From positions 1 through 64,000 of the IMG/VR virus record IMGVR_UViG_3300005937_000009: DNA of 64,000 nt, one strand, 5' to 3'. Made by a program: the position numbers and the translations under genes. This document shows, in pieces, positions 9,201-18,404 of this stretch. How positions within the stretch are numbered: position 1 is the first letter of the stretch; the number at the start of each line of letters is the position of its first letter. The notes under the pieces are model-generated. The model was given only the letters and a program-made list of their open reading frames with translations. It had not been told where the DNA came from and ran no database searches. Source of the stretch: a virus. Taxonomy: Duplodnaviria; Caudoviricetes.

Positions 9201-12200
9201 AATGCTCGCTGAGATTAGCCCCTATGTAATAATGTTCTTCCGTCTGTCCCGGATAATCGGGGTAGCGCGCAGGTCCGATATCTTTGACCATGCCCGCTTT
9301 TTCAGCCTCGGTCAGAGCACCGGGGAACACATGGCGATGAAGTCGTATTTCTCCCCTATCTGCGGCCTCCAGGATAGCTTTATCGAATGCCTCTTTAGTC
9401 AGATAGACATCTTTCATTTGCGCTCGGAGGTCAGGGAGCGAGACAGGTGAGCCCGTTTCTGATCGTGGCTCAACCTGGCGCATGGCCGTTCGAAGATCGA
9501 CTACAGGCTTTTCGGTCTTGGGTGCGGTTGGTTCCGTTGCCGTGGGCTGTCCCGGCATGAACCGTTCTGAGGCTGCGTATTCTTTCGATGGCTGCGCCTT
9601 CATCCCGAATGCTCTCTTGGCTTCCGGTGTCAATCCCGATTCGTTCCGCAATTCGATCTCATCAAGTTGTTTCTCGGTGAGCCCGTATTTCTCCCGGAAT
9701 TGCGTCTTATATGCATCCCGCTTTGATGTATTCCAATCCTGTGAGCCCCATGGTTTCGTGGTCTTCTCAATCTCTGGCGGGTCGTATTCCTGCCGCGCCA
9801 TGGCGATACGTTCGGGTAGAGACTTCTTCTGTATCTCGGCTGTTTTCGCGGCCTCTTTCGCGGCTTCGCCTTTGAACTGCACGCCAACGATATCCCGGAA
9901 GAGTTCTTCCGGTTTGTTGATCTTGTTGTCTCCCCGCGTTGTCTCGATCTCTCCGCTATCGATCGCCTCTGCGAGCGCATCAGCCGCGCCGCCGCCCAAT
10001 CTCTCCTTCAATTCTTTGATAGAGACCACGCCACCATTGGGCTTGAGTTCGCGCATTGCCGACGTGACGGAGGAGATTAGCTCTTGCTTCTTCTGTAACT
10101 TCTCAACCGTCTTTTCGGTGAGCTTCCGTTGCTCGGGCTCCATCTCCGCGCCCTGCACGCGGAGTTGTTCAGTGAGCTTTTCGATTGCCTTTTCGGGCGT
10201 GCCGTATATCTTCAGTGCCGCGTCTACGCTTGATCGTTGGTTATAGTGCGGCTGCGGGTTGTATTTCGCGGGTTCTGCTGTGGTCTTCGGCTGATTAAGC
10301 GGGGCACGTTTGACTTGACTTTCACTCAGTACACCGGGGCTTGCATTCGGCAAGTCTTCACCTGTGAGCCGACGATGCAGGTTATTAGCCTGCTGTTCGG
10401 TTTTAACTGTAAACTCACCATCACCGGGAACCTTGATCTTTAACGTCTTCTCTTCTTTGCCTGCCGGGACTTCATAGCCCTTCAGTTTATCGGTGACAAA
10501 CTGTTCTTGTGTTGGCGTTAGCCCGGTGCGCGGGCTCACCTTCTCCGGACCCGCCTTCGTCTTCTTCGGTGCTTCCGGTGCCCGTGGTGCCCGTTCTGGT
10601 AGCGTTTCAGGTGCGAACTCGTTAATAACTTCCTTCAGAATGGGCGGAACAGTCTTACTTAACTCCTTCGGCATCTGTTTGGGGTCCGTAAAATCCCATC
10701 CCGTTGTTTCTGTCTTCAATCGATAGACGGCGCGTTTTGCCTGCTCCTGCGATTGGAAGTTAGCGACACGGGCCTTAGTCGGCATATGGCTGATGGTCCA
10801 TTCTCCCGGCCCCTCCCGGTGTATGCCGAAATCACCGTAGACAGTGACCTTTCGTAGCTTCTCCTTATTGGGATCGCCGCTCAGGTCTACCATCTCCTGT
10901 TTGCCCTTCATCTCCGTCTTGATCCGGGCGTCAATATCATCGTAGAACTCGCGGGCTCGTTGTTTGTCTTCCGCGTATTTCTGCTCTCGTTGTTGCTGCT
11001 CCTCCCGTGCCTTCGCGTCTGCGATCTCCATGCGTCTGCGCTGTTCGGTCTTCTCCGCTGTGATTGTATCAAAGCGTTCTTTAGCTGCTTGGTTGTAATC
11101 TATCGCCTCGTGATCCGGTTGAAAGTAGCGCTCTAGCAAGCGGTCAAAACCTTCGGGTGATATGTCATGAATCTTCAATAATTCGCCTTGAGCATTGATA
11201 CTGTACTTTGCCCGGTCTGCAAGTGAATAGATCTCATCACCTACGGTAAACACAGGCCTGCCCCGTTCCTGTTTGCGTTTGAGCAAGCTTCTGATCGTTG
11301 ATTCCTGAGCGGGTCTGCGCTCGGTGTATGGAGAGATCCGGATATCTTCGGGCTTAACCGTGGGCTCTTTTTGCGCCTTCGGTGCGGCCTTTGCTGTCGG
11401 TTCCGTTGTTGCTTCGCCCTGTGCTTTGGGGAGACGAGCGTATCTTTGGCCCTCTGTTTGTACCTTCTGTGCCGCATCAATCTTTGCACGGAGTTTCGCG
11501 CCTTCCTTCTGCTGTGTCTCCGTATAGCCCGTTGCCAACGGCTTCATGGATGGACTATTTAACAGCTTGCGCGCCTGTTTGATCTCTCTATCAGCTTTCG
11601 CATATTCCCTCTGTGCCTGTTTGTCGAGTTCCGGCGTGCGCTGCGTTGCCGTGCGCCAGTTCTTTTCAGCCTCGACCGCTGCCGCCTTTGTTTCGGTCTC
11701 GTATTGCTCTCGCTGCGCGCTCTCCTTCTCCGCTATCTCCGCACGCTTCAGATTGCGCGCCGATTTCTTTACATCGGTCAATTGATCAATCGGGATCAGT
11801 TTGTAACCGAAGTAATCTACCCCCACCTTGCCCGTTTTCTCGTCAACTCTGATCACATCTGCTATGGCCTCGCGTCCTGCGGCCATCCAGCGCACGGTAT
11901 CACCGGCCTCGGGTGTTGGTTTCGCTTCGGCCTGCGCCTTTTCCGTCGGTTCCGTTACTTTCTCTGGTATGGGGGCGGTCTCAGGGGTCTCAGGTAGTGC
12001 GCCTTTGGGCTCCATGCGAATTGAGGCCGCTTCTTCCTTCCCGCCTAAACCTGCCGGGGCTTGTGCAAGCCGTTGCGCATTCTGTTTGATCCGCGCTTGC
12101 TCCACTTCCTGTTGTTTCTGCGCCCGGATTGCCCGCTGATTATTGCTGCGCTTCTGGATGATGTGCTCTTCGCCGTTAGCATCACTGACCCGGACCTTGC

Positions 12201-15200
12201 CACGCGGTACGCCCTTCTGATTGTCGGCTAGCGTGACCTCTCCGAAGTCTTCATGGTTGGCGTAGATCTCGCGGGCCTGATTTTCGCCCGTCGACACTAT
12301 ATCTTGTGGCGTCGATGGCAATTCGGCACTTCTACCGCTAGATATTGCGGATTCAGACCGGGCCTGACCTTCGGGCGTCGCCACCTCTGGTAATTGCAAG
12401 GGATTACGAGGGTTACGCGGTGCTGGCAGTGGTCCCCGCTGAATCTCTGCTCCCTGCGGACCCGGTAGCCGCTGCGGGCGTTGCAACGGGCTCTTTTGAT
12501 TTGGCCGCTCTGGGAATGGTCGCGGCTGAATATCGCCGCCCTGCGGACCTGGCAAGCGGGCCGGTGGTTGTCGCCGCAATGGGCTTTGCTGGTTTGGCCG
12601 TTCAGGGAAGGGACGCGGCGCGATCTCCGCCCCTTGTGGACCGGGTAAGCGTGGCTGTTGCGGTTGCTCTCCGGTCTCTCCACGGCGCGCAATCTCCCGG
12701 CGTAGCCGCTCTTCATATGCTGAGCGCTTACGTGCGAGCCCTGATCGCTGATACTCCGGGTTATCGTTCGTGCGCTCTTTGATCTGTTCGACATCACGCA
12801 GACGCTTTTGCAGCGTCTCATTATCCAATGCGGTCACATCTTCATTCAGTATTTTCACGTCGCCCGCTTCTCTCAAATCTCGCGCCCGGTCTTCCTGCGC
12901 TCGTATCCGTTGCTGTTCTGGCGGCAGTTTCATAAACTCGCCGCCCTCGATCTTCGATAGAGGTTTCGGGCTGGGCTTCTGCGTGAACTTCGCGGGCATC
13001 TCCTTGCGCCGTACTCTCTCGTTGCGCTCCTTATTCGCCAGCTTCAGCGCTTCGCCGTTATCCCGCGCCTCTTCGCTGCCCATCTCCCGAATGCCGCGAA
13101 TATCCTCATTGCGCGCCTTCTCCCGCTCCCGGATAAAGGCGTCAAGCTCCTCCGGTTTCATATTCTTCAGGTTCTCCACCTGATCGCGGAGAACGCCACC
13201 AAGGAAAGATTGGGCCGCCGGTTCGGTCTCCGTCGCCAACGCTCGCGGGGGTTCTGCGGCCTGGAACGGTGCCCGCTTCTCGCGGTCGGCAAGTATCTGC
13301 GGCGGTCTCGATCGCTCCTCAATAACCGGTTCTTGCCGTGGCGGACGCTGGGCACGCGGCGGTAACTGTTCGCGGCCACTCTCGACCGGTGGGCGGGTGC
13401 GTGGCTCAATCACCGGTTCACTGGTGCGCGGTTGCATCGGCGGGCGCGAGCGCTCTTCCATCACCGGCTCACCTCGCGGCTCTTCCATGATCGGCCCGGT
13501 AGGTTCCGGAAGCGGCGCGGGTGCTTCCGTCGATCTCGGCCGCAATATCTGCGGCTGTCTCTGGGGTGCCTGTTCCGCTTTGGGCGGGAAGATCAGCGGA
13601 CCACCCAGGCCAGATCCTCGAGGTTGCGGCGTCGGTTTCGCTGGTGCGGGTTCGGGTAGTTCCGGCGTGGCCGGCAGCATGGTTGGCTGCGCCCCCTGTA
13701 ACGCGGGCTCGGCCTCAAACGGTAAGCCACCCTGCCGCATCTTGCGCCAATCGAACGGCGAAGGTTTGGCAGGTCCATAGGTATCCGAAGGCAGGTTGGT
13801 TGGTTGCCGCCGTTCGGGGACGGGTAGACGCTGCCCGCTGTTCAATAGCCGGTCATATTCGGCCATGGCCGCATTGCGCTGAGCGGGTGGCATCTCTGCC
13901 AACTGCGCCTCATACGCGCCGCGTAAACCTTCCAAAGTCGGCACTTGCTGTACTTGGGTGGTCTGGCCGCGCATCTGCCGCCGCATGAGTTCCGGTTTCG
14001 ATGGCCGGTTCATCTGCGGGTAGGTCATCGGCGTAGAGACCTCATCGGCACGAGTCGGCTGTTGTGTCGAACGCTGCGCGGGAAGTTCGGCCGATGGCCG
14101 CATCCGTCCGGCCTTGAAGGCATCGACCCCGGACATGAGACCGCCAACCGCTGCCGCCTCTGCCAGCTTTTCAGGGTCCGTCTCTCCAGTAGCCGCCGTT
14201 TGTGCCACGTTCGCCCCTGCGCCGATGGCGACCGGCGCCGCTCCCCGGATCAGGGGTGCAGCCTTCGGCAATGCCCTGGCGGCATTTTCGACCAAGGGTG
14301 CGGCCAATTTTCCGGCCTTCACGGGCAGGACGGCGCCCGCAACATTGGTTGCGAACTCTCCGGGCTTCGTCGGGTCGGATCCGAGAGCGGCCATGCTGAC
14401 CGCACCGGGGACGTTCCCGGCCAGGATCATGGGGGCGCTTCCGATGGCTCCCGAAACCACGCCCCGTCCAACCTTCGCGGGCAGGGAAGGCGAAGCGGCC
14501 TCACGTTCGGCGACTTGTGATTGAACCTTTTCGAGTCTGGCCGCATCTCCGGGGTATTCCGCCTCTATATTGGCGCGCATTCTCTGCTGTCGCCGCCGTT
14601 GGAGATCGGTAAGCGCTTGATCCTGGTCCGGAATCAAGCCGGCAAATGAAGGATTACCCCGTAAACCTTGTAACGCCCCGCGTCCAAGTCCTTCCACGCC
14701 TTCGCCGATGGCCGATACTGGATGAGTCAACAGATCATTGATGTTTTCACCGAGTTCGTTGACTTGCAGCAGCCCACGGCGCCCAGCGGTCCCCAACTCA
14801 TACTTGAGTCGCTGCCCTGCGGGGAGATTGGCCACTCGTTCAGCCTCGCGTTGCTGCGGCATAACCTGGCCGGCCTCTGGGTTCCTGAGATCTTCCGCAA
14901 GCCTGCCCTGTAGTGTCGGTTTACCGAAAACGCCGCTACCGGCATCGAAGGGCTGAGGGGGCGCTATCCGTTTTGGTTGCTTCTGTTGAGGGATTGCCTT
15001 ATGTGGTTTGTTATCTGCTGTATCAGGAGTTTTACTGGATACGGATGATTGCGCCCCGATGGAAGGTGCTGGCCTGCTGCGGGGTGAAGATCCTTGTTGC
15101 TGTTGAAATCGTTCGTATAAATCGTCGGTCTCGGTGCGCTGCTCCCCCGCGACCTGGCGCATGTAGTTCTGCGTCTCGGCGGGTGCGCGCTCTACGCCCA

Positions 15201-15552
15201 GCTTCTTGACTCTCTCCGGTCCCCAATTGTAGGCGGCAGCCGCCTTGCGCTGGTCTCCGCCGAAAGTATCAAGCTGCTGCTTCGCGTACCTGACGCCCCC
15301 TTCTACGTTCTCCGTGGCGTTATAGGGATTGACGCCCAAATCTTTGGCGGTCCCCGGCATGAGTTGCATCTTGCCGATGGCTCCCGCGCTCGATCGCCTG
15401 CGGCCTGAGATCACATTGGGATCGCCCCCGGATTCGGTGCGAGCCATGCGGCGCACAAATTCCACTGGGACATTTTGCCGTTGGGCTTCCTCATCAAGCC
15501 GTCTATCGGAATATTTCGCGTAGAGTTTGTCGGTTTCGTTCGGAGGAGGCAT
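6226..15552 (-). CDS. Giant virion ejection/internal protein with an N-terminal lytic transglycosylase (SLT) domain
   Basis: RMARTESGGDP...AGAIGKMQLMPGTAKDLGV.NPY...NVEGGVRY...AAAAYNWG is the SLT signature; last gene of the tail operon, as for T7 gp16-type proteins; 3108 aa. Confidence 0.85.
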   Translation of the reverse strand: MPPPNETDKLYAKYSDRRLDEEAQRQNVPVEFVRRMARTESGGDPNVISGRRRSSAGAIGKMQLMPGTAKDLGVNPYNATENVEGGVRYAKQQLDTFGGDQRKAAAAYNWGPERVKKLGVERAPAETQNYMRQVAGEQRTETDDLYERFQQQQGSSPRSRPAPSIGAQSSVSSKTPDTADNKPHKAIPQQKQPKRIAPPQPFDAGSGVFGKPTLQGRLAEDLRNPEAGQVMPQQREAERVANLPAGQRLKYELGTAGRRGLLQVNELGENINDLLTHPVSAIGEGVEGLGRGALQGLRGNPSFAGLIPDQDQALTDLQRRRQQRMRANIEAEYPGDAARLEKVQSQVAEREAASPSLPAKVGRGVVSGAIGSAPMILAGNVPGAVSMAALGSDPTKPGEFATNVAGAVLPVKAGKLAAPLVENAARALPKAAPLIRGAAPVAIGAGANVAQTAATGETDPEKLAEAAAVGGLMSGVDAFKAGRMRPSAELPAQRSTQQPTRADEVSTPMTYPQMNRPSKPELMRRQMRGQTTQVQQVPTLEGLRGAYEAQLAEMPPAQRNAAMAEYDRLLNSGQRLPVPERRQPTNLPSDTYGPAKPSPFDWRKMRQGGLPFEAEPALQGAQPTMLPATPELPEPAPAKPTPQPRGSGLGGPLIFPPKAEQAPQRQPQILRPRSTEAPAPLPEPTGPIMEEPRGEPVMEERSRPPMQPRTSEPVIEPRTRPPVESGREQLPPRAQRPPRQEPVIEERSRPPQILADREKRAPFQAAEPPRALATETEPAAQSFLGGVLRDQVENLKNMKPEELDAFIREREKARNEDIRGIREMGSEEARDNGEALKLANKERNERVRRKEMPAKFTQKPSPKPLSKIEGGEFMKLPPEQQRIRAQEDRARDLREAGDVKILNEDVTALDNETLQKRLRDVEQIKERTNDNPEYQRSGLARKRSAYEERLRREIARRGETGEQPQQPRLPGPQGAEIAPRPFPERPNQQSPLRRQPPARLPGPQGGDIQPRPFPERPNQKSPLQRPQRLPGPQGAEIQRGPLPAPRNPRNPLQLPEVATPEGQARSESAISSGRSAELPSTPQDIVSTGENQAREIYANHEDFGEVTLADNQKGVPRGKVRVSDANGEEHIIQKRSNNQRAIRAQKQQEVEQARIKQNAQRLAQAPAGLGGKEEAASIRMEPKGALPETPETAPIPEKVTEPTEKAQAEAKPTPEAGDTVRWMAAGREAIADVIRVDEKTGKVGVDYFGYKLIPIDQLTDVKKSARNLKRAEIAEKESAQREQYETETKAAAVEAEKNWRTATQRTPELDKQAQREYAKADREIKQARKLLNSPSMKPLATGYTETQQKEGAKLRAKIDAAQKVQTEGQRYARLPKAQGEATTEPTAKAAPKAQKEPTVKPEDIRISPYTERRPAQESTIRSLLKRKQERGRPVFTVGDEIYSLADRAKYSINAQGELLKIHDISPEGFDRLLERYFQPDHEAIDYNQAAKERFDTITAEKTEQRRRMEIADAKAREEQQQREQKYAEDKQRAREFYDDIDARIKTEMKGKQEMVDLSGDPNKEKLRKVTVYGDFGIHREGPGEWTISHMPTKARVANFQSQEQAKRAVYRLKTETTGWDFTDPKQMPKELSKTVPPILKEVINEFAPETLPERAPRAPEAPKKTKAGPEKVSPRTGLTPTQEQFVTDKLKGYEVPAGKEEKTLKIKVPGDGEFTVKTEQQANNLHRRLTGEDLPNASPGVLSESQVKRAPLNQPKTTAEPAKYNPQPHYNQRSSVDAALKIYGTPEKAIEKLTEQLRVQGAEMEPEQRKLTEKTVEKLQKKQELISSVTSAMRELKPNGGVVSIKELKERLGGGAADALAEAIDSGEIETTRGDNKINKPEELFRDIVGVQFKGEAAKEAAKTAEIQKKSLPERIAMARQEYDPPEIEKTTKPWGSQDWNTSKRDAYKTQFREKYGLTEKQLDEIELRNESGLTPEAKRAFGMKAQPSKEYAASERFMPGQPTATEPTAPKTEKPVVDLRTAMRQVEPRSETGSPVSLPDLRAQMKDVYLTKEAFDKAILEAADRGEIRLHRHVFPGALTEAEKAGMVKDIGPARYPDYPGQTEEHYYIGANLSEHLQGKQEEATPEPKKPMIPLGSPVTTEGEGLKAGDKVQWKSGKMTLKGHVEGFDRKGNVIVTDDAGERVTVKRSQIQQPSTGEGEVSASSPSWREVKRLERAPQTYAEARKLVGDVRSEYRERSQGKTGTIYINQQGAAVIVSAGRKAGVRGFPKAIAGVNVPLNGLDMISEKLRSSSGAYGEQGAALRRLADQIDQAREAAEQAGHSAVSFVDTTAGSHRIKKIIREEDYHTWQRTAGLFSEERGGAVAEHFANNRVYQHIKKQLLERGGYPNNEIILNIEAAAKLASGQAEDYGVHIDDANDYLHSYYNHLAEKFGPEILEENIRTAPSAQRSIEDVRAIKGVSRPIGAARMEPRGTAAGRPAGRQARSADQAAMASRVQGRGAEGSKAPNVQSGQAQRPPAQGQTQEKVKPRQGFSVGSVPESKGGTILGSGFGGLQGGRGKQSQASRPLPNIKFNLPALQQSAAKISGSKAGNAAKTAREYFDNVIARDLAPPKQRGVNQPLVREAQEALKTAAIKSDKGKMDQPQTEAIIRAADDLMTAARMGDHKAIIEARKALRNAQIGHQYQTTTLGKAGAIARETGAALKGLGQSSRSAVFGGDLSFPLRQAWALTANPQNVLTVARAGKDAMWQALKSKAGAERVQEAFRNHPSFDLAQERGLELSSFGKGEEVYQGIENVEKVPLIGKLYERTEAANTAFLDYMRLQKFHSEVQKLDKKGMAGNARVRAEKALAEAINTMTGKTDLGAGKFKAMTDALQGTVMTSPQLNVSRLQQLNPVKYAQLYKESPQAAKLMARETGAAASTIIGLGVLGTLAGVGKFITDRKDPDFGKFRAGKVTHDLSGGLLPQIKLALEIADYAGAEGKNLFAHSSKTEKAIPKEREEMLNRIGSYIRTRETPLAGLAHDVIIKGKDIEGNKMTVRDLATRTGSARAAWRAFGPAYVGDFYDGFSQGIGTGLQTLPTFFGGQETVITPQMEKRRREAKKKAQGRR

Positions 15553-15557
15553 GCTTA

Positions 15558-16883
15558 TTATCTCCGATATTCGTAGCCGTCTCGTGTCAATTGCTCGATC
15601 GCCTGCGCCTTGGTCTTTCCGGTCTCATCCATCATGAATTGAATGAACTTCTCATCGGCTACCGGTTTCTGCGCGCTCCGCATCTGCGGCGTTGGCTGCT
15701 GCACGCGGGCCTTGACGTAAGGCCATCCGTCCTGTTCGCCTATCTCGACATCATCCCCGTACAGGTCTTTCATCTCCTGCGCCTTGTCCCTGGCCTGCTG
15801 GATGAGCCCCGCCTTCGCGTCCATGTCGGTTTCGGCGTTGGCATCGGCCTTCAACTTGTCGAACTCTTTCGTTGAGGCTTTGATTGAGTTGAGGAGAGCG
15901 GTATTAGTTTTACCTTCCTTGGTGCCGCTTACGCTGCGGTCTTTGGCGTAGGGGTTGCGGGTAATCTGTCCCGTGCGGCGGTTGAGTATTCCGCCCTCCG
16001 TCGATGTATAAGCGTCCTGCTGCGCTTTACCCTTAAACTGTTTCCCCTTGTTCTCCGGTGCGTTGAGGTCGATATATCCCCGGTCGGTCTCGACCCAATG
16101 CGGTGTGTATTTCGGCCCCTGCTTCAGCTTCTCGCGCTCATTGGCGGTCTGATCTGCCCTGCGCTGAGCTTCCGATTGCTGGTTAGCGATTTGAGACCGC
16201 TTGTACTCCTGTTCAAGCTGCGCCTGCTGCGCCGCCGCGTTCGCCGCCGCCTGCTGATCCTCAAGGCCATAGCGTTCGAGGATCTTGGGCTTGATCTGCT
16301 CTTCGAACTCCATGCCGCGCTCGGTGCGTGGCGAGAATCCCGCGACCGCTCCGCGAGCCAATCCGCCGCCGATTGCGCCGCCGATATCGCCCGTTGCCCC
16401 GTAACCCTTCAACGCGCCCGCCAGGGCAGGCAAGAGCGCCCCCTTCAATCTCGCGCCGAAACCGGTAGGCGTCGGGCCATTCCTGTACACGTCCCGCGCT
16501 TCCTGCATCTCTTCGGCCCGCGTCTGGGGTCCGACGATAGGGCCGGCACCGACGACCCCACCGGGAACATTCGGCGCGGGTTCGGTGGTTGCGATCGGCG
16601 GACGGACCATAGGAGGCATAGCCGGCGCGGGCTTCTTCCTTTGCCCGAATACCGACGTTTGCGCGGCCTGCGCCATGGGGTTCTGCCTGATCTGCGGCAT
16701 GCTGGCCTCCGGGTTGAATCCCGGCGTCATGGGGATTGGTGGCCGGTAATTGGGGGCCTGGTCGTCTTCCCCCAATTCCCCCAATTTGCCGAGCGCTGAA
16801 GGTATCTTCTGTATGCCCTGGCCCGCTGCTCCTAACCCCCTGGCCAGAATCCCCGGAATTTGCGCGAGAAAATCCAACGCCAT
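15558..16883 (-). CDS. Putative ejection (pilot) protein
   Basis: Ala/Gly/Gln-rich, helical; lies immediately upstream of the SLT giant protein. Confidence 0.6.
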   Translation of the reverse strand: MALDFLAQIPGILARGLGAAGQGIQKIPSALGKLGELGEDDQAPNYRPPIPMTPGFNPEASMPQIRQNPMAQAAQTSVFGQRKKPAPAMPPMVRPPIATTEPAPNVPGGVVGAGPIVGPQTRAEEMQEARDVYRNGPTPTGFGARLKGALLPALAGALKGYGATGDIGGAIGGGLARGAVAGFSPRTERGMEFEEQIKPKILERYGLEDQQAAANAAAQQAQLEQEYKRSQIANQQSEAQRRADQTANEREKLKQGPKYTPHWVETDRGYIDLNAPENKGKQFKGKAQQDAYTSTEGGILNRRTGQITRNPYAKDRSVSGTKEGKTNTALLNSIKASTKEFDKLKADANAETDMDAKAGLIQQARDKAQEMKDLYGDDVEIGEQDGWPYVKARVQQPTPQMRSAQKPVADEKFIQFMMDETGKTKAQAIEQLTRDGYEYRR

Positions 16884-16885
16884 AA

Positions 16886-17371
16886 TTACCTATATAAGAG
16901 TTTAGTTTCCCGGTAGGTCTGCCAGATCAGCAGGCCGATATAGAGGCTGGTAGGTGCAAGCGCCCATTGCTGCCCAAGTAAAAACCAGTAGCCGAGAGCG
17001 GTGCACGCCATGCCGCCATAGCCCGGATGTCTCAGGTGCTTGTAAATGCCGGTTTTGATGATGCGGAGAGGGCGGACGAAGGCGGGCGTAAAATAGGGGT
17101 TCTCTCGAAAGGCTAAAATGGTCAAGGTCTGGCCGACGATCACCAGACATGCGCCCAGTATGCGCATCTCTACGGGCATCTCGGAAGGGTCACAATAAGC
17201 TTGTATGGCTGCCGTGATGGAGATCGACCAGACGAGGCACTGAGCGAGCATGAACAGCGGCGTATGCCGTGCTCCCTTCATATAGTATGCGCGCTGTCTG
17301 GCCGGGATGAATCGCGTTTGCGCGATCGTGGCGCCGACGTTGAGCAGAAAGAAGAGAAGCCACCAGACCAT
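16886..17371 (-). CDS. ICMT/PEMT-family integral-membrane methyltransferase
   Basis: Several TM helices plus IIKTGIYKHLRHPGYGG (GxYxxxRHPxY) and a C-terminal RE..L motif; TGATG coupling. Confidence 0.85.
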   Translation of the reverse strand: MVWWLLFFLLNVGATIAQTRFIPARQRAYYMKGARHTPLFMLAQCLVWSISITAAIQAYCDPSEMPVEMRILGACLVIVGQTLTILAFRENPYFTPAFVRPLRIIKTGIYKHLRHPGYGGMACTALGYWFLLGQQWALAPTSLYIGLLIWQTYRETKLLYR

Positions 17372-17898
17372 CAGAAGGGAATTGCGCCGCCCAAGACTGA
17401 ACCCACCCCGCCCAGAATAGATCCGAAAACGCTTTGACCGGGCTGAATGTTGATCGTGTTGGACCGGCCAGAACCGGAAGATTGAGCCGCATTGGTTCCA
17501 TATTGACGCTGGGCAACCAATTGCGGGGCGGTCAGTCCCGCTACCGCAAGCTTCTGCCCATACTGCTGCTGATTGAGCCGCTGCGCTTCTGCCGCCGATT
17601 CCTGGCCCGCTCGTTCGTCAATATCACCGAAAGCCGAGAGTTGTCGTTGTGCCGATAGTTCGGGCGTGGAATAGCCGGCGGCAGGATTCCCGAAAGTGGC
17701 AGACACGCGGCGACGTGCGGCAGCCGAGCGGTACGGTATGGTTGGGTCTGCCGTAAACTGGAAATTGCGCAATGCATCAATATCAGCGGACTGCGCACCG
17801 GGGACGTATCCATACTCTGTCCGGTTGTCGTAAGAGCCCGATTGCTGGCTTTGCTGGCTCGATGTTGTATCCTGCGTGCTCTTCTTTTTGCCTCCCAT
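17371..17898 (-). CDS. Small ejection protein (MGGKKK N-terminus)
   Basis: ATG at 17898 is coupled (TAATG); MGGKKKSTQDTTSSQQSQ start and Gly-rich amphipathic C-terminus are typical of podovirus pilot proteins. Confidence 0.6.
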   Translation of the reverse strand: MGGKKKSTQDTTSSQQSQQSGSYDNRTEYGYVPGAQSADIDALRNFQFTADPTIPYRSAAARRRVSATFGNPAAGYSTPELSAQRQLSAFGDIDERAGQESAAEAQRLNQQQYGQKLAVAGLTAPQLVAQRQYGTNAAQSSGSGRSNTINIQPGQSVFGSILGGVGSVLGGAIPF

Positions 17899-18404
17899 TA
17901 TGCGGCCTCCGGTTTCTGGTGATCGATCAACCAATCCAATCGCGTCATCTGGTAGACTTGCCAACTGTAATGCACGCCGTTTATCTCCTCTTCTTCGGGA
18001 AGGCCATAGGGATGCAAACCCGTCATCTCACACATGGCGGTAGAGCCTCTATGTTCATGTCCGTTGATGATGGGCCGATGGGTGTAGATCGATTCCGCGT
18101 GCAGATCGTTGAAGAGAGACCAGCCGACTTGATAGACGGCATTGCCGATAACCCGTAGATCGCTCCTGCGGGGTGAGGTGACGTGCAACAGATACTCGGC
18201 TTCCCCGGTCAGTTCGATGCTGATCACCGACAGCAACTTGATATTATCGAAGACCCCCACATACTTTTTGTTCGGCGCGGCTTCAAAGGTGTGATGGATA
18301 TATGCGCGCCGACGAGATGCCCAGAGGCGAGCCCATTCGAGATGCGGCCCCTCGGCAATCGTGATCAATTCGAAATCAGTAGCTAACGGTGTCGATCTCG
18401 CCAT
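17898..18404 (-). CDS. GNAT-like virion assembly protein
   Basis: Lies between nozzle and ejection genes (as T7 gp13 / P22 gp14); VGVFD...SVISIE...LHV...MCEMTG resembles a GNAT fold. Confidence 0.5.
   Translation of the reverse strand: MARSTPLATDFELITIAEGPHLEWARLWASRRRAYIHHTFEAAPNKKYVGVFDNIKLLSVISIELTGEAEYLLHVTSPRRSDLRVIGNAVYQVGWSLFNDLHAESIYTHRPIINGHEHRGSTAMCEMTGLHPYGLPEEEEINGVHYSWQVYQMTRLDWLIDHQKPEAA

Noticed and set aside
6325-15523. Numerous plus-strand and alternate-frame ORFs inside the giant gene and other structural genes
   Set aside because: Antisense shadows typical of GC-rich coding DNA; no SD, motifs or operon logic.
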